A stretch of DNA of 64,000 nt, taken from NCBI RefSeq assembly GCF_964213995.1, contig NC_135808.1:50778001-50842000 (forward strand), given 5' to 3'. A program made the translations under genes and the position numbers. A model generated the notes under the pieces. It saw only the letters and a program-made list of their open reading frames with translations, had not been told where the DNA came from and searched no databases. Shown piece after piece: positions 24,277 through 37,359 of the stretch (its first letter is position 1; every line of letters begins with the position of its first letter). Source of the DNA: Mustelus asterias. Taxonomy: Eukaryota.

Positions 24277-24744
24277 CACCTCTTTATCTCATCTTTGGTT
24301 GGTCTGAGCTCCTGACCCAGAACTTCCAATCTCCGGATGGTCGTATCCCGGATCTATATGGGGAATTCCCCTGAGTCTGGAACCCTCTGAATCTCGGACT
24401 GAAATCTGGAGAATTCAGATGTTTCTGACTCCCTGCCCAGAATAGTTACCCAGGAAAAGTTAGAACGATTCAGAGCAGTTCCAACACCGGGGTCAGTGTA
24501 AAACTGAAACATGTCCCCTGCCTCCAAAGGGCACCTGTCTGACCTCCTCACCCTCCTGAATACCGCCCTGACTCGATTGGCAGCACCAAAAAACACCAAC
24601 CACCCCGTGACCTGACCAGCCCTTCACAATATCCCCCAATCTCAAACTCACCCAAAGCCCCAACGCATCCAAACCCTCACCCACCCCCGTGCCCTCTTAC
24701 CCCCCCTTACCCCCGAAAGCATTTGCCTCATCAATCACAGGAGG

Positions 24745-24992
24745 CACCACACACACACACACACACACAATTCCTAGCTCATCGATCGTAGGAGGCATCA
24801 CAAACACACACAACTCCCAGCTCATCAACAACAGGTAGCATCACACACACACACGAAAACAGACACACACACGCACAAAAACGAAAACACACGCACGAAA
24901 ACACACAAAAACACACAAAAACACACACACAGACACACACATAATTCCCAGCTCATCAACCATGGGAGGCATCACACACACACTACACACAC
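24745..24992. repeat. CA-rich microsatellite/degenerate tandem repeat
   Basis: (CA)n runs with recurring ttcccagctcatc...ggaggcatca. Confidence 0.75.
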
Positions 24993-25397
24993 AACTGCCA
25001 ATATAATACAACGTGCTTCACAAGAACAATCTGAGACCGAGCCCCATGGGGAGATGAAAGGGATTAATTTATATTTCTCTTCATTTTTAGAAAGAGTACA
25101 AGCACTGGCAGAGCGAACAGTAAGGAGTTAAATGATAACTTACCCACATGTGAGCACAGTAAGAGAATTAAAACAACTATGATTTTAAGACATAGAAGTT
25201 GATATTCTAAATGTATTTCAAGTATTTTACTGTGATTGTACACTTTGGCCAATGCAAGGTACTGAAAGACATGGTGGGAAAGGTAAAATGTTTCGAGCCA
25301 AAGGCCTGGAACCCATTAGTTTGCAAACTCATATCTGGGAGGTCCCGATGAGGGAACACATTGTGCAACATAATGTTTCAATCAATTCACCGCCCAG

Positions 25398-25721
25398 ACA
25401 TAGAAACCCTACAGTGGAGAAAGAGGCCATTCGGCCCATCAAGTCTGCACCAACCACAATCCCACCCAGGCCCTACCCCCATATCCACCCACTAATCCCT
25501 CTAACCTACCTAGGAGTCTAAGGGGCAATTTTAGCATGGCCAATCAACCTAACCCACACACCTTTGGACTGTGGGAGGAAACCGGAGCACCCGGAGGAAA
25601 CCCACGCAGACACGAGGAGAATGTGCAAACTCCACACAGGCAGCGACCCAAGCTGGGAATCGCACCCAGGTCCCTGGAACTGTGAAGCAGCAGTGCTAAC
25701 CACTGTGCTACCGTGCAGCCC
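25398..25721 (-). mobile_element. HE1-like V-SINE
   Basis: Head, V domain and CR1-type tail. Confidence 0.9.
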
Positions 25722-26053
25722 AATACATACATAGAATAGACATGACCCTGGATGCAGCAACACATGTTTATTCAGCTTGGCAGAGAGCTGGTAGGAATCT
25801 CCACTTTGACCTTTACGGTAGCATCTACCGCATCCAGGCAACAGGGAAATAGCTTTAGCCAAGAAGTGAGTAATGTCCTGTTGTAATGGACGAATGAGAA
25901 ACCATCATGCTGGAAAGTACTAAGTGGTTGGCTGAGGCATTTGGCAATAATTTATGTTAACATATGGACATTAAATGAAATTAATTTTAAACTAATGTAA
26001 GGCGGAGAATCAGATTGAGAAAATGTATAACAGTTCTGTTTTTACTGATAACG

Positions 26054-26350
26054 TCAAAACTGGCCTGAGAGGTCCCGATATTGTGTATCTGGAGCTGATA
26101 AAGGGATAGGGAATAAAGGAATTCCTCCCTTTCCTCCGTGCGTGGGAATGTGTGAACAGACCCAGCACTTGCTCAAATTCGATTGTGATGCATACAGATA
26201 AGACATATACACAAAGGTGTTCATACAATAGACAGAGTCATCGTCACAGAGATGTTCACTGTGTCCCATCCCCAAATTCTCATAATTCCATCTATATTTT
26301 CCCACTATAGCTAACAGGGCCAGGGTCATGAGAAGTAGCATGAAAAGCAT
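26054..26350 (-). pseudogene. env: ERV-A env N-terminus (gamma-type SU), truncated
   Basis: Signal peptide followed by NTF...YA..SNLSKCWVCSHIP (CxxC motif). Confidence 0.8.
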
Positions 26351-26499
26351 CTTATCACTTACTAATAACCCGCACGACCGTTATACAACGATCCAAAGGC
26401 TACCGCCCGCGCGAAACACCGCGCACCCGTTCAGCTTGCTTGGAGGTTGGTCATTGTCTGTACATTCCTGCAATGGGAGGATATCACATAATTTCCCAA

Positions 26500-26915
26500 T
26501 TAGTTTCAGCATATTCTTTCAACTGAGTTTAATGACCTTTCCCCCTTATGTCTATGCAGGCACAGGTATCTTCACTAATTGTAACTTCATACGGCCCATC
26601 CCATTTTAGTACAAACCCTGATTTGTCAGGTAGTGTTTTCACTCGGACGTCCCGCTGTTGGGATGTCAGGGAGCATTTCAAGCCCTCTCTCTGCGTCTCT
26701 TATCTCCTAATTGTCTTTTACCAATTTACGCATCCCTTTTAGTTGGGTGCTTAGTTCCAAAACATATCTCCTGATTTTATCTTTTAGTGGACCTACATCA
26801 GTCCCACCTGTTATGGTGCTTTCTAGTAATTGCATCGCCTGTCCAGTCATTAGCTCATAAGGGGTTAACCCGGTTGTTCGGTTTGTGGCAACCCTTCATC
26901 TCATTAGTATGGTGG
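26500..26915 (-). pseudogene. Second, diverged integrase C-terminal segment
   Basis: Reads ATNRTTGLTPYELMTGQAMQL..GGTDVGPLKDKI..W.GPYEV, paralogous to 30480-30830. Confidence 0.85.
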
Positions 26916-28707
26916 TCAATACTTTTGGCCACAAAAGCCAGTGCATTATACATTTAACTACATACCCCCCTTGCATAGAAAGCTTAGTGTACTTAAAATC
27001 ATATACTATACAGCTTCGATCTTTGTATGATGTATCTTACATTATATCTAATATGATCATTTGTTTGAGCAGAAATGATCCCTCTATAGACAGATTGTCT
27101 CATAAGGTAAACAACAGTGTTACGTGGTCACTGAGCCTGACACAGCTCTTTAAAAACACAGATAACCGAATGAGCTATCTGTTGTGTCCAGTCGAATGCT
27201 GCAAGATTTTTGAGTCTGGCGGTAAGGCCAGTCACCAACCCTTTTTCTCTCTCTCTCTCTCAAGTCATCCGGTTTCACTTCCTGTCATGTTAATGTTAGT
27301 TGTGCAAGTTATTACAAATTATGACAAATTATGGTTAAATGTTTGGAATAAATAGCCTTTTCTTCCACAGAATTATGTTGTATCAATACACAATATATAT
27401 CAACATATAAAATTGGTTAAGGCTCTCCAGGATTTGATTCTCTCGGGTATATCCAAACCCTCTTAATTTAAGTCGTTTTTATTTTTAAGCTGCTCCAGAT
27501 CGGAATCCCTGCATTTTAGAACAATAACAAGCACAATACATATAACAATAACAATTGTTACTTGATTAGAAATGTTTTGGTTTGATTCCTAGCTGGCTAG
27601 GTTTTAAGCTTTGCAGTGTTTTTACATCTGGAAAACCTTGAACAATAGATGGCACACGCAATCCCAACGGCAGTATATAATTTTACAGAACTATCATCAA
27701 TGTGAGATGGTTTAAATTATGTCATTTGTTGCATGTTATCAGAACATCACAAATTTCATATTATTATCATGTTATTTAAAAATAACTAACTGGTAACACA
27801 AGTTCCAACAATTCATGGTGTTTAAAAATACTCAAGGACAACATCTTTATTTGTATTAACAACTGAGGTTAATCTCCTGCTGTAACTTGGGGTAATCAGA
27901 ACTACGATTCATTTCACTGATTTGATACACTTTAAACTGACTCAGAGACAGTATATTCATCTTATTCTTTTGTTCCTGCTTTTCTTTGTTTTCACAAAAT
28001 TACCTTTCTTTTAACTTCTCAACTACACTCTTATAATTTCAACTTCAAGACAAGGAAAGAGCACATGGTCCTTCCAAGGTTTAACTCCTTTCTCAACATT
28101 AAAACATTCAAGCGAACACCAACAAAACATTCACGCAATCACGTTGTTAAACACACAGATACATATGGAAGCTTCCAACATTTATTCAGACTTAACATCT
28201 TAAACTGGGATGAAAATAAAACATTGAAGAAAACTGAACGTTGATTAACAGTCACTTTTATTCTGCTGTTTTCCAAACTGTAATTCAACTCAAAACAGAA
28301 GTAAATTCAAGAAATCTCATCACTTTAATTTCGAACAGTTTGTAACAAACACTTTCCCAGCATTTTCTTATCTCAATTATATGGATTTGCCAATTTGGTA
28401 TTATAGGCGGGCACTCTCTTTTAGCCTGTCTGGCATTTAATACAGTTTCATGGTTGATCCGTGTAACACATTTTAATTAGAATGCATTATGGCCGTATAA
28501 TGATTCCCAGCATTACACACACGCTCCCATTCTACCTTCTGTAACTCCCTTCTCTCTTAGGTTTTGACTCTATATCTTAAGATTACTGCAAGTCTTATAA
28601 CATGAATTTCCTGTGGCGGAAAGGATGGATTAGTTCTCTGCTCGTTTCAGCAGAGAGCCGGAGGGCTAAGTTCACTCAGCTGAACATAAACAAGTGATTA
28701 ATCATCA

Positions 28708-29957
28708 TAAGAACATAAGAAATAGGAGCAGGAGTAGGCCATCTAGCCCCTCGAGCCTGCCCCGCCATTCAATAAGATCATGGCTGATCTGACGTGGATC
28801 AGTACCACTTACCCGCCTGATCCCCATAATCCTTAATTCCCTTACCGATCAGGAATCCATCCATCCGCGTTTTAAACATATTCAGCGAGGTAGCCTCCAC
28901 CACCTCAGTGGGCAGAGAATTCCAGAGATTCACCTCCCTTTGGGAGAAGAAGTTCCTCCTCAACTCTGTCTTAAACCGACCCCCCTTTATTTTGAGGCTG
29001 TGTCCTCTAGTTTTAACTTCCTTACTAAGTGGAAAGAATCTCTCCGCCTCCACCCTATCCAGCCCCCGCATTATCTTATAAGTCTCCATAAGATCCCCCC
29101 TCATCCTTCTAAACTCCAACGAGTACAAACCCAATCTCCTCAGCCTCTCCTCATAATCCAAACCCCTCATCTCCGGTATCAACCTGGTGAACCTTCTCTG
29201 CACTCCCTCCAATGCCAATATATCCTTCCTCATATAAGGGGACCAATACTGCACACAGTATTCCAGCTGCGGCCTCACTAATGCCCTGTACAGGTGTATC
29301 AAGACATCCCTGCTTTTATATTCTATCCCCCTCGCAATATAGGCCAACATCCCATTTGCCTTCTTGATCACCTGTTGTACCTGCAGACTGGGCTTTTGCG
29401 TCTCATGCACAAGGACCCCCAGGTCCCTTTGCACGGTAGCATGTTTTAATTTGTTTCCATTGAGATAGTAATCCCATTTGTTATTATTTCCTTCAAAGTG
29501 TATAACCTCGCATTTCTCAACGTTATACTCCATTTGCCATATCCTCGCCCACTCACTCAGCCTGTCCAAATCTCTCTGCAGATTTTCTCCGTCCTCCACA
29601 CGATTCACTTTTCCACTTATCTTTGTGTCGTCTGCAAACTTCGTTACCCTACACTCCGTCCCCTCCTCCAGATCATCGATATAAATGGTAAACAGTTGCG
29701 GCCCGAGTACTGATCCCTGCGGCACGCCACTAGTTACCTTCCTCCAACCGGAAAAACACCCATTTATTCCGACTCTTTGCTTCCTGTCGGATAGCCAGTC
29801 CCCAATCCACTTTAACACACTACCCCCAACTCCGTGTGCCCTAATCTTCTTCAGCAGCCTTTTATGGGGCACCTTATCAAACGCCTTTTGGAAATCCAAA
29901 AACACCGCATTCACCGGTTCTCCTCCATCAACCGCCCTAGTCACATCTTCATAAACT
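28708..29957 (-). mobile_element. Young 5'-truncated CR1 LINE in the ERV-A spacer
   Basis: Uninterrupted 381-aa RT C-terminal ORF (28799-29944); (TTCTTATG)n tail; TSD TCATCA (28702-07/29958-63). Confidence 0.93.
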
Positions 29958-30379
29958 TCATCACTTCAAATACGCAGGAATAATTCTTTCCATTTATCTT
30001 TTCATTGTCAATTCTATCAAGAGTACATTTTATAACAAAAGCCTGATCCAAACAATCCATTTATTTTTGTCACTTTTTAAATATCTCTACTTATTAAGAC
30101 GTTTACACTTTCTCACAGACTCTCCGGTTTAAGCTCAAGATGAGCGCATAATTAATTATGTCTCTTAAATGGTTAACTCTCCTTCCAACTCTTCAGCTGT
30201 AATGTAATGCACGACTGTAAAATTTCAACTGGGGAGAATAGTTTATTAAACATTGATCTGCGGTACCCTCTTCCACCACATGTGGCTCTCGATCGCACAC
30301 TTTCACCTCTCTCTCTCTCTGTCTCTTTCCCTTGTCAAGAGAGAGAGAAACTCACAGCCTGCTGGTGTTTAACCCTTTA

Positions 30380-33300
30380 CTCCCCTCTTAACTGTTTTGT
30401 TGTCCATGACATGTTTTCCGATTGGTGCCAGTGTATTCTTTCAACTGGGCCCAGTGTTTCCAGGCGCCTCTGCCTTGCATATCTATACAGGCACAGGTGT
30501 CTCCACTAATGATAACCTCATAGGGCCTTTCCCTTCGGGGGCGAATCCAGGTTTTTCGGGTAAGGTTTTTACCGTAACCTTGCTGCCCGCCGGGGGTATC
30601 TCCGGGGTCTGTTCTAGTTCATTGTACTCATCTACCGCTATTTGTTTGTCCCGTACTTTTTTCCGCATATCTTTTAATTGGGAGCTTAATTCTAATACAT
30701 ATCGTCTAATCTTGTCCCGTAATGGGCCGACATCTGTCCCTCCGGTAATGATGGACTCGGGCAGTTGCATAGCCCTTCCGGTCATTAGCTCATATGGTAT
30801 CAGCCCAGTGGTCCGATTTGTGGTGGCTCTGAGTTCCATTAATGTGGCGGGTAATACTTCTGTCCATCTCTTTCCTGATTCCTGCATGGCCTTTGCCAAG
30901 GAGGTCTTAAGTGTCCTATTCATACGTTCCACCATCCCCGAGCTTTGAGGGTGGTAGGGTATGTGAAATATCTGTCTTATCCCCATCAGTTGACATGTGG
31001 TTTTTACAACCTTCCCCGTAAAGTGCGTGCCTTGATCGGAGTCTATTTGCAAAGGCACCCCCCATCTTGGGATAACTTTCTCAGCTAGTATTCTGGCCAC
31101 TGTAGTGGCAGTACAATTTTTCGTTGGGAATGCTTCTACCCATCTGGTGAATTGGTCAATAATTACCAAGCAGCAGGTTCTCCCGTGTGACTGCGGGAGA
31201 GGTCCTGGAAAGTCAACTTGCAGGTGTTCCCAGGGACCCTTAGGGCGAGGCTGGTGCCCCATCTTGATTTTTACGGGTCTTCCAGGGTTATACTGTGCAC
31301 AGGTTATGCACCGGTGACAATATCGGGCAATGTCCCGTCCCATTCCTTTCCACCACCATTCCTTCCCCACACTGGTCACCGTGGCATCCCTCCCCACATG
31401 TGACAGCCCATGATGTAACCGCATCAGAGTATGCTGGATACATTCTGGGGCTCGGACTTTATCATTTAATCTCCATCCCCCCCTCCTCCATCAGGTGTAG
31501 CTCCTTTTGAGTTTTCCCCCTCAGACGTTCTTCTTCAGGGGTATCAGCATGGAGCTGTGAGATGTCTATCGGGGTTTCGATTTTACTCGAGGCAGCTGGC
31601 AAGGCCGGCACTTCCCCTGTTTCCAAGGCAGCTCGTGCCGCTCTATCGGCTGCCTGGTTTCCCTTAAACATATACCACTCAGGACTTTGCTTATCTGGTT
31701 CCTTGTGGTGTGCTTTTACCTTCAATACTGCGGCTTCCGATGGGAGCTCGCTGGCTCCCAATAAGGTTGTTATTATCTGGCCATGTTTAATTGGAGTGCC
31801 TCCCATTGTGATAAATCCCCTTCTCCCCCAAACTGTCATATAGTCATGTATAACTCCAAACGCATATCTACTATCGGTGTGAATGTTGACCCTTTTCCCC
31901 GCAGCCTCTGTAAAAGCCTGAGTCAAGGCTACCAGTTCCGCTACGTGCGCTGACATGCCTCCCTCTATTCTTCCTGCTTGAACAATTTGTAAATCCGCAT
32001 TCACTACCGCCCATCCTGTTCGTGGTGACCCATCTACATATTTCCGTGATCCATCCACAAATAGGACCATATCTGGTGCCTCCAGGGACACATCTTTTAT
32101 TCTACCTTCGTCTACCTCCTCATCTACGTCCCCACAGGTGTGTGGGTCCCCTTCACCTAACATTCCTTCTGCGGGGTTCGTTCCCATGTCTCTCGTACAA
32201 TGGTGATGGACTTAGTGGGTGGGAGAAGCACTGCCTCCCACTTTGCCCTTCTCACATTTGAGACAGACCGCAATTTTCCTGTGTTCAGCATTTCCACTAA
32301 GGTATGTTTGGTGAGCAAAACAATATTCCCCGTCATTATGATGGGCTCACTGACCCTTACTGCCCATGCCGCTCAATCCAGTGCGGCTATACATCTGGGC
32401 AACCCGGCTACTACGGGGCCCTCCGCTGTGGAATAATAACCCACTGGCCGCTGCTTGTCCCCATGGACCTGTGTAACTACTGCTGAATAAAACCCCCCCT
32501 CATTATTACAATAGATGTGAAAATCTTTATTAGCGTTGGGCAGTCCAAGTCCCGGAGCTGTCATTAGTTCTGCTTTTAGTTTACGAGATGCCTCTTCCTG
32601 TTCTGATCCCCACTCTATAACCTCAAGAGCGGGTTTCCCCCCTTTTACTAGCCTTTGTATTGGTTCGGCTAGCCTGGCAAATTCCAGTATAAAGTTGCAA
32701 CTGTAGTTAAACAGTCCCAAAACCTTCCTGACCCCTCGGACGGTTACGGTTCTTGGCATTTGCTGAATGGCCGTTTTCCTGTCCAATGGCATTTCTTTGG
32801 TCCCCTGAGATATCAGGTGTCCCAAATATAACACCTGCTCTTTCCCGATTTGGGCTTTCCTGGGGCTCGCCTTTAGTCCCTGTTCTTCTAAGTGTTTCAA
32901 GACTGAGTATAGCACCGTCTGATGTTCTGCTCTAGTTTCGGAGGCTATTAAGATATCATCTACATACTGCAGAATTGTCCTCCCTTTTGGGACTTCCACC
33001 TGTTCTAATATCTTACTCATTACCCGGTGAAATATAGCCGGGCTGTTATGGAAGCCTTGCGGGAGCCTAGTCCATGTGCACTGCTTATCGCCCACGGTAA
33101 ATGCAAATTTATCTTGCGAATTAGGGTCCGGGGAATGGACGACAAACCGTTGGCGATATCCAATCCCGTGAAGATTCCATGGGATGGTGACAACCCGTTT
33201 AAAATGGTGGAGGGGCGAGGCCACGATGGGGTGTAGCTTCGGGGTCACTTTATTTAAAGCTGTATAATCAATGGTTAATCTATAGCTCCCGTCCGGTTTA

Positions 33301-33973
33301 GACACCGGGCCAGGTGGGGGAGTTGGTGGTACGAGTGGTTTCCCGTAGGATCCCTCTCTTTACCAATCCCGTCGCAATTTCCTCCATTGCCTTTGGGCTT
33401 AATCGGGTTTTGCCGATGTGGTTTGTGTTCTGGCCCTACCACTATTATAGGGTCAATTTTGATGAATCCAGTATCCAGTCTCGTTTCCGCCCACACACCG
33501 GGGACGGAGGCGCAGATGGCGCCAAATCCAGAACCGTCTAACTGCCAGTCGCATCCCGTTGCAGATGCTGCATGGATGGTCCCTAAATGGTTTACATATG
33601 TTCCTACCCTGTCTTTTCTCCCATCGGGGCGGGGCCAAATCAATTCACCTTTCCCACAATCTATTCAGACTTTGTATTCCTTCATTAGGTCATTTCCCAT
33701 AATAGTTCCTTCATTATTTCTACATACGTAAAATCGCATAGGTATATACAGGTTATTAATTTCTACTAGGGTGGTTTCACTTAAGTAGGCAGGGGTCTTC
33801 TGTCCGTTAACACCCCTTATATAGATCAGTTTATTGGTGGTGGGCAAGGGTAGATCAGTGATAGATATGGAGGCTCCCGTGTCCACCAGCATTTCACATT
33901 GTCTTCCCCCGACTAGTGCAGACACGTAGATTCTACCCTCTTTTGTGCCCAGGCTTGTGGGGGCTGCCTCCCG
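30380..33973 (-). pseudogene. pol: ERV-A pro-pol, several frameshifts
   Basis: LVDTGAS (PR); YRLTIDY, LPQGFHNSP, YVDD (RT); LFVDGS, AELVAL, TDSRY (RH); H-H-C-C, QVDF, DSDQG, VERMN (IN). Confidence 0.95.
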
Positions 33974-35270
33974 TCAATTCCCTCCCTCGTCAATGAGGGG
34001 AGGGCGAAGCAGTTGACTCGGTCTGCCGTGCTTGCTCCAACAGGTGGCCTCAGTGTGGCCAACCTTATTCCAAAACAGGCAGGTAGGGGCTTTTCCACTG
34101 CCCCCTTTGGAGCTCTACAGCCTCTGGCAAAGTGACCCGGTTTCCCACAGTTATAGCACGTACCCTTGGGTTTAGCCCCCCCACTGTTTGCACGAACTGT
34201 TTCCTGTTTTATTCGTGGGTATGGTTTCTCATCTGGTCCATCTCTAATTCCAGATGCCCATTCTACTAAATCATCATAAGCCTGGGTATTGAGAACTCCC
34301 ATTTTAAGGATTTTCTGGTGAGCTGGCGATAGCCCATCTTTAAATGCTTGTAAAAAGGCTCTATCTGTTCGGGTATTCCCGAACGTTCTTGGTATACTCT
34401 AAAGTGTCGCTCCCCAAATTCGGAGGCTCCTTCACCCCTTTGTTGTTTAATATTGGTAAGTCTGGACCAATTGGTTGGTGCATTACCCAAGACTCGTTGG
34501 ACATCCGCCTTAAACCGAGTAAATGGCTCAATCATTGCCTCGATCTCGGCGGTTGTCTCTGTCGCGTACGTCCACCTTCCGCCTCGGTAATCCAACCGAG
34601 CTTGGTCGGCGACATTAGCCTGGACCCCACCGTCACCCATTAGTCTCCACTTATCCCACGGGCAAACAGCCCGTACCAACTGGTGTATATCCCGCAAATG
34701 TAACTGGTGTCCAACCCAAAGAGTGTCCAGTTCTGCCCAAAATTTGCTATTGTTACTCCGGGGCTGGAGCCTTCCCAGGGGTGCCAAAATCTGTTGTCTT
34801 TCACCTGGGGTAAAGGGTTTATATCGGGCAGTGGGATGCTGTAACGTCCCGGCCCGAGTTATGGGAGCGAGATCATGGACCTCTTCCTCATCAGGGTCTC
34901 ACACTGGTGCCGTGGGTTGTACGGCCGGCCCATAGGGAGGCAAGAATCCCCCGGCAGGGTCCTCTAAAAGTTGGTTCCGCTTCTCTCATTTGCTATTGCG
35001 TGTTTCCAACATTTTAATTTTTGCTTTGTCGTCAGCCCATTTCTTACTCGAAACTGAGACCTGTCCAATTAATCCAGCCAATTGGTGAACTAAGAGAACC
35101 CCAATTTTCTTAGTTCTGTCTTTCTTTTCTTTTTCCAACCACTTTCGTTGTTGGTCTAGTGGGTGGTCTAAATCCCATCCCCCTTTTATCATCTGTTTAA
35201 TGAGTTTGTTCCTCTTAATTATATATTCAGGTATCAGGGACCCCGGGCCCCACTGTCCTTGTCCCGCCAT
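33974..35270 (-). pseudogene. gag: ERV-A gag, frameshifted
   Basis: ATG at 35270; PPY-like proline-rich segment; MHR-like IKQQRGEGASEFGER; CYNCGKPGHFARGC and a broken second knuckle CF../NKVGHTEATC; TGA at 33976-74. Confidence 0.85.
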
Positions 35271-35762
35271 ATCATTGATAAGGTCATACTCACCACCTTG
35301 GAGTCTTCTAATCTCCTTTCTCACTCTCTCCCTCCCAGGTTTCTCTTATCTGAGTTCGGTGATACCTGTCAGGGGTGATCAGATCCCTCCGTACCACCAC
35401 TTACACAATATTTTTATTCAGCTGGCTTTCACATGAAGGCTTTTCCTTCCACTCCGGGACCACTCAGACAGTCTCTATCAATCACTCATCACTCACGTCT
35501 GAACATCACACCTCAGGCAACCCTGACACCCATTTCAAATCCGAACATCAGCGTGGGAGATTCCTCCTCTTAACAGTCAGTTTACGGCAGGGTGTCAGAG
35601 CCAATTGCCTCCTTGTCCGTATGTGCTCAGTTCAGACATCTTTCATCAGTTCAGACACTCTCTCATCACAGATGGTCACCCAATGTATTTTGACCCACTT
35701 CATCAAGTTCAGTAACTATTCCGGTCTCCCATTCATGGCCATTCGACTGGTCCCGTAAACAG

Positions 35763-35780
35763 TCCCGGGTTTCGGCACCA
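35763..35780 (-). other. Primer binding site, tRNA-Phe
   Basis: TGGTGCCGAAACCCGGGA, complementary to the 3' 18 nt of vertebrate tRNA-Phe(GAA). Confidence 0.92.
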
Positions 35781-35782
35781 TT

Positions 35783-36390
35783 CGTCGCAGGTAAAGATAC
35801 CTCTGAGTCTATTCGTAGGTCAAAATACTTTGGTTTATTTGCACAATTGTGGGAGACCGTCCGATGCCTAACATGGCCTCAGATGTCTCAGCAAATACAG
35901 GCTAAACACATACATTTATACCCCACCTTGCACGTCCGCAGTTTCCCAGGCTCACAGGTTCCCAGGCGGTTGCACATCTTCCTGTGTGAACCTTGCTGCC
36001 TTGGTGTTTTCTTCACGGTTATCCCAAGGCCGTGAGTGTTGTTGTGCTCTGTGAGCACAGGTGGGCTATCTTACTAACGTACAAAGTTACAGTCTTCGCA
36101 CAAACAAGTTAATTGGCATACAACAATTTATATACGTTCGTAGGTACTTGTATAATGTATATCGGTACAGGTTATGATGAATATATATGAAGGTATCATA
36201 ATACGTCACAAAAGGCAGAGATATAGGCGTCCATTGTTACACAGCAATACATAATTAAAGAATACAAAATGGCGGATTAGCCACATTCTTGAACAGAAAT
36301 ACATACAACAGCTGTGCTCTTATCTGTTCTGGAAACATGAGCATGAAAACCCTAACGTAAACATGAGTTCCACAGTATTTCTCACACAAG
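35783..36390 (-). mobile_element. ERV-A 5' LTR (upstream edge approximate)
   Basis: Abuts the PBS; - strand TATAAA at 35915-20 and AATAAA at 35834-39. Confidence 0.75.
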
Positions 36391-36439
36391 CTCTAAATAT
36401 CACAGAGGTCACTGTGACACTTCGAGTATTGAAGTTCAT

Positions 36440-37082
36440 TAACCCATTCCTGACTTCATCATTGACCAGATACTGAACTGGGTGAGCCATAGGAAAACCG
36501 TGGCTACAAGAACAGGTCAGAGACTAGGAATCCTGCAGTGAGACGCTCACCTCCTGACCCCCAAGGCCTGTCCACCATCTACAAGACACAAGTGTGATGG
36601 AATACTCTCCACTTGCCTGGATGGATGCAGCTCCAACAACATTGAAGAAACTAGACACCATCAGGACAAAGCAGCCTGCTTGATTGTTACCCCTTCCACA
36701 AACCCTCCACCACCAATGAACAGTGACAGCCGTGTGTACCATCTACAAAATACACTGCAGGAACTCACCAAGTCTCCTTCAACAGCACCTTCCAAACACA
36801 CAAGCACTACCACCTAGAAGGACAAGGGCAGCAGACACCTGGGACACCATCACCTGGAGATTCCCCAACAACTCATTCACCATCCTGACTTGGAAATATA
36901 TCACCCTTTCTTGACTGTCACTGGGTCAAAATCCTCAAACTCCCTCCCTAACAGCATTGTGGATGTACCTACACCTCATGGACTGCAGCAGTTCAAGAAG
37001 GCAGCTCACGGGCAAATAGGGATGGGTAATAAATGTTGGCCAAGCCAGCGATCCCCACATCCTGTAAAAATGAATTAAAAAG
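36440..37082 (+). mobile_element. LINE family B 3' fragment
   Basis: Same 3' end as 9000-9530. Confidence 0.85.
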
Positions 37083-37359
37083 GGAAGGTCCGGAAATCAG
37101 AGCTTTGCGCACTTGAAATGGGAGACAGCGTGACTGAGGCAGCCAGAGTGGGATTGAAACTTGGCCATTTGGAACAGTGCGGTAATTCAGTGCAGAGTGG
37201 GAGGAGATGCTGTTTTCCCTTTTTGTTTTGTTTTCTTTCTTCTTGCTTCGTAACTGTTATTCTGCAGGGAGAAATCCAGAGAGTATCCTGGGAAAGTAAG
37301 TGATATGAAGACCAACCTCATGTGAGAAGTGAAGGTCAGAGTTTAATAACTTTTCTTCA

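Larger units (their letters stand above)
26050..36390 (-). mobile_element. Endogenous retrovirus ERV-A: 5'LTR-PBS(Phe)-gag-pro-pol-spacer-IN 3' duplicate-env 5' fragment; 3' end lost
   Basis: Domain order PR-RT-RH-IN plus env; see the component features. Confidence 0.92.
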
